From Oopsacas minuta (taxonomy: Eukaryota > Animalia > Porifera): a stretch of DNA of 64,000 nt. Both the position numbers and the translations under genes were made by a program. Numbering within the stretch: the stretch's first letter is position 1; each line of letters begins with the position of its first letter. The notes beneath the pieces were generated by a model that did not search any database, was not told where the DNA came from, and saw only the letters and a list, made by a program, of their open reading frames with translations. Of this stretch, positions 43,801 to 52,574 are shown one piece after another. Where the stretch lies: contig JAKMXF010000318.1 of assembly GCA_024704765.1 (NCBI GenBank), forward strand, positions 248,001 through 312,000. The letters are read 5' to 3'.

Positions 43801-44481
43801 CAGCTGAGGAGGCTAGCAGAAAAGATGCCAGTCATAGCAGCAGGTATAGCTTTACAAAACAGCTGTGAAGCTGTTAAAAAAGGTTGTGTGAGTGTTAGAA
43901 TATCAGAGGTAAGTAGGAAGATGGGATGGGAGTATACTACACTAAAGAGAGAGTTAGGATCTCTTGCTTATAATGACAGAGGAACTGGAGGAAAGCAAGG
44001 ATCTAGTGTTATCGTTGAAATGACAGATCTAGCTTATATATTCCAGATGTATCATCGTGATGATAACAGTATACAGGATATTGTTAGATTCCTGGAAGAA
44101 AAGATACAAGATACTGAATTAATGTCTTTAAGCAAACTAACGCTATTCTCTAACATGCTGACCAGCACCGCTAGTGATAGAGATGAGACTGTATTCAGGG
44201 AGAGGATTAGAAAATATTTTGAAGAGAACATGAGTGCTACCATCCCTCCTAATCTCACAGACCTTACTATACTCCCACGACTGAGGCAAGAGATCAACGC
44301 ATTTATCACCACACACACTGATTCTAAATTAACAGGAAGAATTATAGCTAGAATTTTCCAAGGTATTTCTAGTCCTAATTACCCAGCACATATGTGGGGG
44401 AGTACTCCTTACTGGAGAAGCTATATGGCTACTGATTTTCATATGATTAGAAAGATGGCGGAGAAAGAACTACAGAGCTAA
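40837..44481 (+). CDS. RECQL4: RecQ4 helicase, single exon, nested antisense in the SDR intron
   Basis: Sld2-like N-terminus (KIKLWEHGF..GRAP), Zn knuckle CFKCGEVGHWARNC, GTGGGKSLCYQLP, DEVH, QEVGRAGRDG, GRIIARIFQGISSP. Confidence 0.95.
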   Translation: MEEELNKLKQKIKLWEHGFKSREGRAPDKSDIDKSDTKEDYLRYNQLKIHKLNCNKEIDNKNKIPEWKKLSTKSFSLERNRKVQKESSVVKVIDITSEEIVNNPISQPELSNENISLTNDRPNHVHIPAPSSLTSMKRVPSQEDTQSPTRIPQHYNLVQKQKARELYSRTISTEWIDRHSADIGEDICNPNTCNNSSYNQNRNIIKEPIASTLFTRLYEVDTPREDTPLMNLGIEELIEKCSNQQLIEPDITHKSDIPPSNSSIEPTTSNVTTVECSVTEESSVRDDVTELLEESELLEIEHFNDITLDKDENIIDQKSNKDISSLALEITDTPCTHNLEVSEVITGQKRTRKSAVPSSKRPKLNNSLSDNFVRLDLRRKHYKAKGRGMSAKTYKRNMFKKKQFDNDRGGVSHRGGGMGKGTRCFKCGEVGHWARNCSKKVAENDLGKFAGEACSYQDTDTCAEDEQEIFESPLPTLEEAGLMAQGKTLTEIRDTGDREDSIHIPMGAMVTMNNTIIRQEIDPLFPEDMTQREIEDRLDTALKTLNHTSFREGQRQAVTRILQGRSTLVLLGTGGGKSLCYQLPAMMYAQRQSSTVLVVSPLVSLMEDQCLHMPSVISATCLHTNQTPKQREKILLAMKENKFSVILLSPEMIASQEKNVSEVFSLLPPIPFVCIDEVHCLSQWSHNFRPSYLRLCKLIKERFEVSCILALTATATINTVNDLMTRLRITNEDGVIKGPILPSNLNLSVSRSQDRDNALIELFNTDRYTNLTSIIVYCIRQKETERIAQLLRICLSDPSTGKSSISRVAECYHAGMTAHKRNQVQKGFMTGKLKIVVATLAFGMGLNKSDVRAIIHYNMPSSCENYVQEVGRAGRDGVTSYCRVFLDADNADLSELRKHAYANGMDKQSIKGFVKAVFPACECEFLRDNNIECPGHKVGLSIDRSVTDFDIPEGSLGTMLCYCEERGWIDLSRQQYDTCHIKCYGREKQLRRLAEKMPVIAAGIALQNSCEAVKKGCVSVRISEVSRKMGWEYTTLKRELGSLAYNDRGTGGKQGSSVIVEMTDLAYIFQMYHRDDNSIQDIVRFLEEKIQDTELMSLSKLTLFSNMLTSTASDRDETVFRERIRKYFEENMSATIPPNLTDLTILPRLRQEINAFITTHTDSKLTGRIIARIFQGISSPNYPAHMWGSTPYWRSYMATDFHMIRKMAEKELQS

Positions 44482-44523
44482 TAAATCTAGAAACACATTT
44501 TAATTGTTAATTAATAAACTTAC

Positions 44524-45000
44524 TTGCATTGTTTTCTCTATAGTCTCATCACTCGTCTCTAGCAATCTTCTTCCACACATTATACCTGCGTTATTTATCA
44601 GCATACTAACTTCACCTACCTCACTCTTGACACGTTTGGCTACTTCGTATATTTTATTACGGTCTGATACGTCACACGTATACCCCCAAGCCTGTATCCC
44701 TCCCTCTTTTAACTTGTCTACCGTCTCCTCTAACTGTTTCTCCTGTATATCCCAAAGCACTATTTTAGCTCCTAACTTACCAAACCTCTCTCCCATTATA
44801 GCCCCCATACCCATAGCACCCCCAGTTATAAGTATGATGTCATCCTTAACTGATTTACGGGGTGGTGGAACGAAATGTTGGTATATTCCTATTGGGTTGT
44901 AGTAGCAAAGAGTCAGTAGTACTTTGAATTGCTTTGGTGCGAACACTGCCAGTACTATTACTAGCAATGCGATTACTCCTACGATGAATTGGAACCACAT
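44524..45000 (-). CDS. Exon 1 of the SDR16C gene
   Basis: N-terminal TM, ITGGAMGMG, VLWDI, CDVS, LINNAGI; donor CAA|GTAAGT at 44523, phase 0. Confidence 0.88.
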
Positions 45001-45179
45001 TTCTCCTGCCTTATATCTATCAGGTTATTTATAAGTATAATAAGCAGTGCATAAGTATACTGTAATATGATTCCTAATTAATCCCCAATTACAATTACAG
45101 TACAAGAGTTTATAACCGATATGATAGTGTTTATAGCATTTGACATGATCATGTTTTGCTACATAAGATGACTCCTAAG

Positions 45180-45272
45180 TAGCGGTTCCCAACCTTTCAC
45201 CCGTGGATTGTGGAACATTTAAGCTAATTTTTACACACTCTGTGGGTCCTATGGGGTGGTTGGGAACCTCTT
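45180..45272. mobile_element. hAT-like MITE relic with the same terminal motif as 6165-6295
   Basis: TAGCGGTTCCCAACC ... GGTTGGGAACCTCTT; perfect 11-bp inverted pair 45184-45194 / 45258-45268; no clear TSD. Confidence 0.5.
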
Positions 45273-45334
45273 CCATAAATTTAGATAATTAAAGTGTGGA
45301 TAATGAATTTAAGAATGAAATAATCCTCATATAA

Positions 45335-47095
45335 TTAGTCCCATAGTTTTATGAGCCCATCCCAACCACATGTCGCTACCTTAGAGGTCTCTAAGGGATG
45401 CCATAGACAGCCTATACACACGTTTGTATGTGCCTTCAACTTGTTAAATAATCTACAAGTCTTCCAGTCCCACATAACTAGATGTCCTTGTGAGTCTCCA
45501 CTGATGACGTAAGAACCGTCTGGAGAGAACCCCACCTGACAAGCATAACCGGCTACAAGATGGCCTTTAAATACTTTCTTACGGTTCATAGAGAACCGAT
45601 GTGTTCCGAATACTAACACCTGATTATCCATGGATTGACAACCAAGCCATTTCCCGGTAGGATGGAGTGTAACAGCTGGCATTGAATGTAGGCTAGGGTC
45701 ACTAATGTATTTCCAGTCTACAGGGATATCCCATTCCCACACACGGAGTGATTTATCGTCTGACGTAGTCACGAATCTGCGGTTATCATCAACAAATGTT
45801 ATCGTGTTGACAGCCCCTAGATGTCTGTCATATTCTTGGATAACATCCCCTGAGTGAGTATCCCATGTAAGTATCTTCTTATCAGAGTATCCAGCTACGA
45901 ATAAGTGCTGTTTGTTACCATCTGGATTGAACTTAACACAATATGGCATCTTCCTATTGCTAAATGTATGCAGTAGCTTACCATTCTCAGTGTCCCATAG
46001 TTTAATAGTCTTATCGTATGAAGCACTCAGGAATTTAGTACCGTCATAAGAGAAGGAGATATCTCTAACGGATGCTCCATGACCTATATAAGTCCGTATA
46101 CATCTCCTTTCGTTATAAACTTCCCAGAGCTTAATTTTAGCATCCATACTACAAGAGAGCAGGAGATGAGCTGACCGGGGGTACCATCTTATAGCTGATA
46201 CCCCCTTAGAATGTCCCTCCCATGTATGGAGATGTTTCTTAGGAAGAAAACACTTATCTGGAGTAGACGGAGAATTGAAGTTTATTCCTACATCTCTAGG
46301 AGGAGATAGAAAAGATCTACCTTGATAATCTATAGGCTCTGAAATATGTAGAATTGTTTTAGCCTCTACTACATTATCAGGTTCTTTATCTGGTCCCCTT
46401 CTGTGAGGTTTGAATCGTTTCTGAGCTTCTATAATAGCCATCTCTTCTTCAGTCGGTTTGGAAACTCTAATCTCATTTTCATATTTTGCCCAGGGACCAT
46501 TGTACCCATCTACGTTAGAAGGTTCCCCGAATTCCTCTCTAACTCTCTTGGTTCTCTTTTCTTTACTCTTCTCACATTTTTCATAATTCATTATCCCCTT
46601 ATTTTCAATATAACTCTCTTTATCTCCTATAATACTACTGGAGGGATCTGTAGACTCTGTGTTAGGCTGTACATTAGTTGATGGATCATTCGCATACCCG
46701 TACTGGATGAAGGTTCGTCTCTGTGACTCAAAATCAAACTCCTGCATGTGAGCAGGTTCGTAATAACCCCCGTATGAATTCTTGATTCCCTTCTCGTAGT
46801 CAGATTTATATGGATTTTCAGGTCCTAGTACTGGTGCATACATTTGCTCGTAAGTAGGATTATACATTACTATTTTGCTGTCAGGTGGGACGTAATATGT
46901 ATCTGTTTTTGCTTTTATAGTTGTTTGGGATATTTCTGGCGCGCTATTTACCAATGGTAAGTTGACTTCTGGTAATGCTGGGGTTATTTCTTTAGGTCCC
47001 GTGGGTACTTGGGTAACATGTGGGTGTGCATCCGTACACGTACCCTTATTATCTTCTTCATCACTACTGCTAGCATAAGCTCGTAAGAGCTCCAT
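45335..47095 (-). CDS. CDC40: Pre-mRNA splicing factor CDC40/PRP17
   Basis: YNPTYEQMYAPVLGPENP, YQGRSFL, CFLPKKHLHTWEGH, WD40 repeats, ends GLIKLWD. Confidence 0.95.
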   Translation of the reverse strand: MELLRAYASSSDEEDNKGTCTDAHPHVTQVPTGPKEITPALPEVNLPLVNSAPEISQTTIKAKTDTYYVPPDSKIVMYNPTYEQMYAPVLGPENPYKSDYEKGIKNSYGGYYEPAHMQEFDFESQRRTFIQYGYANDPSTNVQPNTESTDPSSSIIGDKESYIENKGIMNYEKCEKSKEKRTKRVREEFGEPSNVDGYNGPWAKYENEIRVSKPTEEEMAIIEAQKRFKPHRRGPDKEPDNVVEAKTILHISEPIDYQGRSFLSPPRDVGINFNSPSTPDKCFLPKKHLHTWEGHSKGVSAIRWYPRSAHLLLSCSMDAKIKLWEVYNERRCIRTYIGHGASVRDISFSYDGTKFLSASYDKTIKLWDTENGKLLHTFSNRKMPYCVKFNPDGNKQHLFVAGYSDKKILTWDTHSGDVIQEYDRHLGAVNTITFVDDNRRFVTTSDDKSLRVWEWDIPVDWKYISDPSLHSMPAVTLHPTGKWLGCQSMDNQVLVFGTHRFSMNRKKVFKGHLVAGYACQVGFSPDGSYVISGDSQGHLVMWDWKTCRLFNKLKAHTNVCIGCLWHPLETSKVATCGWDGLIKLWD

Positions 47096-47330
47096 CTTAA
47101 ATGTATAGTAAACTACCGTTATAACAAAGTGATATTTATCCCTTATAGCTTGAAAATAATTGATTTTACTCAGCTACAACGACACGAATCCTAGGTCCCT
47201 GAGCACATCGTTATAACGAGAGTATTCTGTATATTCATTACTTGTATAAATGTAATTGTAAATGTTTGTCTAAATTAATTAGTATATTGTTAAGTGATAA
47301 TTATTCGAGATTGGGTTCCTATAATTATGT

Positions 47331-48011
47331 CTAGTTCACCTTACAAGCAATGTAGTAAGCATTCTCCCCTAATTCGCTATGATAAGCCAAGCATCTCTTC
47401 TCCAGCACAGTCCATACGCCTGTCTTTTCCATTTCTTCAACTTGCTTAGCAAATCCTAACTCTGTATCTTCCCAGGTAATGTCTCTAATGCTGAAACACA
47501 CAACTCCTCCCGTTCTCACGAATTTAGCTACTTTTTGCATAATTTCGGGCCTCAACTGTCCAGCTGTAAATGTACCTATGGATATAACAGTATCAAAATT
47601 ATTTGAGTAATTTGATAGATCGTCTTTATACATGTCTACAGGATTTAGTTCTTTGTAGATTCCTTTCTTACTGGCTTCTTCTAGCATCTTCTCTGATAGA
47701 TCTATTCCTGTTATGTTTGAATATCCAAATTTATGCATCTCTTCTCCAACTAGACCGGTACCAGCTCCTACGTCGAGTATCTTGCAATCCTTATTGAATT
47801 TGAGTTTAGATAGAACATCATCTAACAGCTTAGCACCATGGATATGACCTTTCCAACCTGTTTTTACATAGAAGCCCTCGTATTCTCCTGCAATTCTACC
47901 ATGTATTTGTTTAACTTCTTCAACTGTTATACCGTGATGTCTTTTTACTGTCCAATTGTATAATTCAGATTCCTTATCACTCTCGGAGAATACAGTGTTC
48001 GATCCAGCCAT
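47331..48011 (-). CDS. Class I SAM methyltransferase, METTL27/WBSCR27-like
   Basis: ILDVGAGTGLVG, GIDLSEKML, VISIGTFTAG, VRTGG. Confidence 0.75.
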   Translation of the reverse strand: MAGSNTVFSESDKESELYNWTVKRHHGITVEEVKQIHGRIAGEYEGFYVKTGWKGHIHGAKLLDDVLSKLKFNKDCKILDVGAGTGLVGEEMHKFGYSNITGIDLSEKMLEEASKKGIYKELNPVDMYKDDLSNYSNNFDTVISIGTFTAGQLRPEIMQKVAKFVRTGGVVCFSIRDITWEDTELGFAKQVEEMEKTGVWTVLEKRCLAYHSELGENAYYIACKVN

Positions 48012-48167
48012 CAATTGCCTCAATTATTCAACTAGATATTAGATTAGTGCAATTATTCTGTCGGTACAGATTTTTTAACTTAAGTTTGTATATTTCGTGT
48101 TAAGCTGCTAGGATTAATTTCTATCAATATTTAAATTATCATATACAGTGAGTTGAAACAAAATATT

Positions 48168-50987
48168 TTAAAGAGATTTTCTAAATTTATGTTGAGCAGG
48201 TTCATGTGAGTCACTAGAAGGACGTTTCATTCCTCTCGGATCAGGCTGCATCTCGTTACCTGACAACGGGGGAGGAGGAAAGAGAGGAGCACGGTTCCAA
48301 CGGTTGTGACTCGGCATAGTGAAAGTGTTTTGAGGAGGGAAGGGAGGCTGTTCAGGAGGTCTCTGTGGGAAGCTCATGAACGGGTTAACTCTTGTCATCC
48401 CTCTATGACCTCGTGTTTGTGATGGCAGGCTATTTGTTAACATTCTCTTAGCAGGGCTAATCTCAGTACTGTGATGTCTGTGTCCGAAGTATTTCCCTGG
48501 TCCTTTCTCTGCTCCCAGAACCGGGGGAGGGAATTGTGCACCCTCCAACAAATCCGGCTTAAAGATAAAGCCTTCATGGAAAGAAGGGTTATCGTAGAAA
48601 CAATTTATTATTTGATTATCATTTATACTTTCAAGTTGATCCAAGGGAGTATAGATAGGTAGCTGAGGTAGACAAGGAGAAGGATCTATCTTTACCATAC
48701 CAGACATTCCAGAGAAGATCTCACTAGGAATCTGTACAAAAGCTGTACTAGGATTCTCATATATCGTACATATGTATTTGAAACCTGTGTGTTTGTGACT
48801 GAGAAAGAACTTTTCGTTAGAAGTACAATTCCTATCCTTCTCTTCTTCAGTAAGATCGTAGTACACTGGTTGTAGAGCCTCTAATAACCTTTCTTCATCC
48901 ACAAAGGGGAGGAGACCTACTCCTTGCCAGGCATACTTCTTTCCGTTAAGGTCTACCTCAAAATTCGTCGGATAGAAGTCAATGATTGATGATTCAGGGT
49001 CTAGCATGTATTTCTGCCAAGACACAGGTAAAAACTTCCTGCTAGCAGCTGGAAACACACCCATGAGTTGTTCCATAGGGCTGAATGGTTTCGTTCCTGA
49101 CTCAAACGTGTTAGGAACATAAGATACATCTCCGAAATCTGATGCGAATGGTGCGTAATGGAATGGATAGAACCATTTCCAGTTAGCACAGCCCTGATAG
49201 TAATAGGAAAATACCCAGCATAGACCTTGTGTATAGTAGTACACTATTCTGGTTATGAAATCTGTATCATCTCTTGATATACTGAATTTATCGTTATAGT
49301 ATCTCTCCTTCCATCCATCTTCCCAGAGTCTTACTCTATCCTCTTCTGCTTCATCATCTGATTCGTGGCTTGTACCCATATTGTGTTGTGTTCTGGTGTT
49401 ATAGTTGTATCCATATTGTGGCCTATTGTAACCATGGTTCACTTTGTATAATATGGTAGAGTTAGGCGGCTGATTGGGGGAGGATTTGGGAGTGATGGAC
49501 ATTTGAAGATCTTTAGCTGCTGAGAAATTATCGTTATCATTTCTGGCGTTTATAAACCTGAGAGCTCTAGGATTGCCTCGGGCTGCTCCAGAATATCTCT
49601 GAGAAGCAGAATGAGGATTAAACTCGTCTCTCCCTGAATGAGGATTGTACTCTTGGTTACCATGGATTGGCTCGTTGTGCCAATAGTGTCGAGGTTCATT
49701 GAAATCCCGCCTCTTGTTTCTAAACTTTGCCTGATTCTTTCTCCTCAATTCATCTTCCCTTCTCCTCTTGAAGATAGAATCTTCAACTTCTCCAAGTTTT
49801 GCTAGAATGGTGGTTACCTTCGCCAAATCAACTTTACCATGATAAGTGATATATCCCTGAGTTTCATGTAGACTCTCTTTATAAATCTTTATCAGTCTGT
49901 CTATCGCTTCTTCTCTTATTTCAAGAGATGGAAGATGAGGGAGGAAGTCATTTCCCACAAAGAAACACATAAATATCCAATCATCCAGTGCTCTTTCGAA
50001 ATTAAACTCTAAACTTCCTATCCTATCAAATGTCATTTCCTTCTCCAAATATTCCCGTAAAATATACAGCTTTATGAATACAAACTGTTTAGAGATTGCA
50101 AAAGTACTTGAGTTAGTCTCTCCTATATCCTCATCATCATCATTAGTCAGGCCCTGACATTGCTCGTAGGAGTGTCCCAGCTGTCCACATATCTCACAGG
50201 GACGTGGCTTGTTAGGTGTAAATTCCTCTCTAATGATGGTGAAGTGAGGCTCATGGGTAGCTAGCCCTAGCATAATGAGGTCAGCATCAGCTCCGTAGAG
50301 TACATGTCTCGTATTGGGGTTGTACCCTACTGATGCTCTCTGTTTCCTTATATAATCCATGATTTTGTGCTCTCCTTCTCCAGGAGAGTTTGCATCAGAT
50401 AGAACAGCAGTCAATCCCTGCCATCCTGAATCGTAATTGAGACGTTGAGATATGTAGAATTGTAGACATTTGGATAGATGGTACATAAAGTCAGTACCTG
50501 GAGTAATGCAATTACTGTCGAAAGGTTCTTGTGCACTCTTCTGGGGAGGTACATGCACACCCTGTTCATGGAGTCTTTGTCTAACCTCTGACATTTTATC
50601 CTGTTTATCTTTAGCCTCCTTAGCAGCACGGAACCTGCGGGACCTTTGCTGGTTCATTTTAGCGCGAGGAGCTACTCCATCAATTGCGAAATACACGAGT
50701 TTACGAGGACGTACAATAGAAAATATACAGTCTATGTAAGCGAATATAGCCATAATCATGTCATCCATTGTAGCAGGCTCAGAGCCATCCTCTGGATGAC
50801 AGCAAGGATGTATTATACCATTCATATCTAGATAGAGATTGTCATACTCTATCTCATTAGGATTAGGCTTACTAGTGTCAATTGGTACTTCTACTCCTGA
50901 TACCATGCTACTCTTCTCTTGGATACAGTACACTAGGATAGAGGGGTACTTCCTGGATAGCCAGCGGAAGAATGCGGGGACTCCCAT
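48168..50987 (-). CDS. XRN2: 5'-3' exoribonuclease 2
   Basis: MGVPAFFRWL, LYLDMNGIIHPC, DGVAPRAKMNQQRSRRF, PGEGEHKI, GNDFLPHLP, CCHC knuckle, WKWFYPFHYAP. Confidence 0.96.
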   Translation of the reverse strand: MGVPAFFRWLSRKYPSILVYCIQEKSSMVSGVEVPIDTSKPNPNEIEYDNLYLDMNGIIHPCCHPEDGSEPATMDDMIMAIFAYIDCIFSIVRPRKLVYFAIDGVAPRAKMNQQRSRRFRAAKEAKDKQDKMSEVRQRLHEQGVHVPPQKSAQEPFDSNCITPGTDFMYHLSKCLQFYISQRLNYDSGWQGLTAVLSDANSPGEGEHKIMDYIRKQRASVGYNPNTRHVLYGADADLIMLGLATHEPHFTIIREEFTPNKPRPCEICGQLGHSYEQCQGLTNDDDEDIGETNSSTFAISKQFVFIKLYILREYLEKEMTFDRIGSLEFNFERALDDWIFMCFFVGNDFLPHLPSLEIREEAIDRLIKIYKESLHETQGYITYHGKVDLAKVTTILAKLGEVEDSIFKRRREDELRRKNQAKFRNKRRDFNEPRHYWHNEPIHGNQEYNPHSGRDEFNPHSASQRYSGAARGNPRALRFINARNDNDNFSAAKDLQMSITPKSSPNQPPNSTILYKVNHGYNRPQYGYNYNTRTQHNMGTSHESDDEAEEDRVRLWEDGWKERYYNDKFSISRDDTDFITRIVYYYTQGLCWVFSYYYQGCANWKWFYPFHYAPFASDFGDVSYVPNTFESGTKPFSPMEQLMGVFPAASRKFLPVSWQKYMLDPESSIIDFYPTNFEVDLNGKKYAWQGVGLLPFVDEERLLEALQPVYYDLTEEEKDRNCTSNEKFFLSHKHTGFKYICTIYENPSTAFVQIPSEIFSGMSGMVKIDPSPCLPQLPIYTPLDQLESINDNQIINCFYDNPSFHEGFIFKPDLLEGAQFPPPVLGAEKGPGKYFGHRHHSTEISPAKRMLTNSLPSQTRGHRGMTRVNPFMSFPQRPPEQPPFPPQNTFTMPSHNRWNRAPLFPPPPLSGNEMQPDPRGMKRPSSDSHEPAQHKFRKSL

Positions 50988-51117
50988 GAATTATAATATT
51001 TCTAATTTAATGTTTGTCATCATTCGTAAATAAAAGAAAATAAGAGAAGGGTAGTTATGTGTAAGTGCATTAAGTGTATAAGAATAAATATAAGAAATGT
51101 TAATAGTGAACAATAGC

Positions 51118-52353
51118 TTACCACATCTGTAGACAATCCTCTTGTTTGTTGTTAACAATTATAATTCTTCCATTAATATCCAGAGCTATACCGAGAGGCT
51201 GGTGGAGTCCTCCAAACTGATGTATAAGCACTCCTTCTTTATCAAACACGTATACGAACCCAGTAGAGAAATCTGTCATATAGATATTACAGTCTGCATC
51301 TAGACAGAAGAAGTAACTGCAACATATTTGTTTAGTACACCCTCTGTTTATGATACTGTGTAGCGGGGCGTGGTTAGAACTATTAAACACATGCATACAA
51401 GGGTTAGACTCGTCTAACACGAATATACATTGATGAGCTAGTTTTATATCAACAGGTCGTCTGAATGTGTTCTGCCATAGGATTGTTATGAAAGATAATT
51501 GTGTAGAGAATATCTGGATGCGGTTATTACCACCATCACATACATATATATCCCCGTTAACTTCATTGATAGCTAGGCTATATGGATTGTTGAGCTGACC
51601 CTCTCCCTTACCAGAACATCCTATTTGATTCATAAACACCCCATCCAGCTTGTATATTAGAATACAGTGTTCACTGAATTGACTGACAAATACTCTTCCG
51701 TCAGATATACAAATACCCAATGGTTTATGCATCTTCCCTTCACCTGCTGTCTCTCCAAAAGTAAACAAATAATTGCCTTCTTGAGAGAAAACCTGCACTC
51801 TGTGATTAGAGTGATCTGCAACGTATATTTTTGAACTTAAATTGTCGACTGCTACCCCCCAAGGGAAATCTAGCTCCCCCTCACCATTGCCCTTATTAGT
51901 CACTGTCAAGGCTGGACGTACCTTTTTTTTATAATCAATTTTAGAACCTTTTTGAAAGCCACACCCCTCTGTAACTCTTATGCTACCCAATCTAGTGACG
52001 TCGCTGATCAGCTGTTCTCTCCATACAAATTCTATGTTACGATTCTGCATTTGTATTCGCATATGTTTCAACTTTTCTTCTATTTTAGCTATTACATCTT
52101 GTTGTAGAGGTCTAAGATCTGAGTAATTGATATTCTCTTCTATCAATTTCTTTGTAGTCTCTAGTTCTAATCTCATTCCTTCCTGTTCCTTTATTTTATC
52201 TCTGTATTGTAGGGATATAGTCTCTAATTCTTGTAGAAGCTCTGCTTCTCTAGTTCTTAAACTGTCAATTAATTCACTGAATCTCTTCGTAATCTCAGTC
52301 TGTAGTTTTTCTACACGATTGAAGAAATCTACTGTCTCTTCCGGATTAGCCAT
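51118..52353 (-). CDS. Coiled-coil + NHL-repeat protein, paralogue of 21743-23020
   Basis: LRTREAELLQELE coiled coil; FPWGVAVD..IYVADHSNHRVQVF, PYSLAI..IYVCDGGNNRIQIF; ATG at 52353. Confidence 0.85.
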   Translation of the reverse strand: MANPEETVDFFNRVEKLQTEITKRFSELIDSLRTREAELLQELETISLQYRDKIKEQEGMRLELETTKKLIEENINYSDLRPLQQDVIAKIEEKLKHMRIQMQNRNIEFVWREQLISDVTRLGSIRVTEGCGFQKGSKIDYKKKVRPALTVTNKGNGEGELDFPWGVAVDNLSSKIYVADHSNHRVQVFSQEGNYLFTFGETAGEGKMHKPLGICISDGRVFVSQFSEHCILIYKLDGVFMNQIGCSGKGEGQLNNPYSLAINEVNGDIYVCDGGNNRIQIFSTQLSFITILWQNTFRRPVDIKLAHQCIFVLDESNPCMHVFNSSNHAPLHSIINRGCTKQICCSYFFCLDADCNIYMTDFSTGFVYVFDKEGVLIHQFGGLHQPLGIALDINGRIIIVNNKQEDCLQMW

Positions 52354-52574
52354 AACTTTATAATCTAATATGTATAAAACCAAGGTTTAAAATACAAAAT
52401 GTATTACGTAATTAAGTTAGCTAAATATGAAGTCTCTTTAATATGAACAAGATGTTTTGTTTCGTTAGGGTTCACAATAATCGCTCTGACTGTACCATTA
52501 CAGCAGCTAAACACTATCAAACTAAATCATCTGAATGGTAGCGTCTTGACGGTAAAAAATTAATAAATAGTGCG

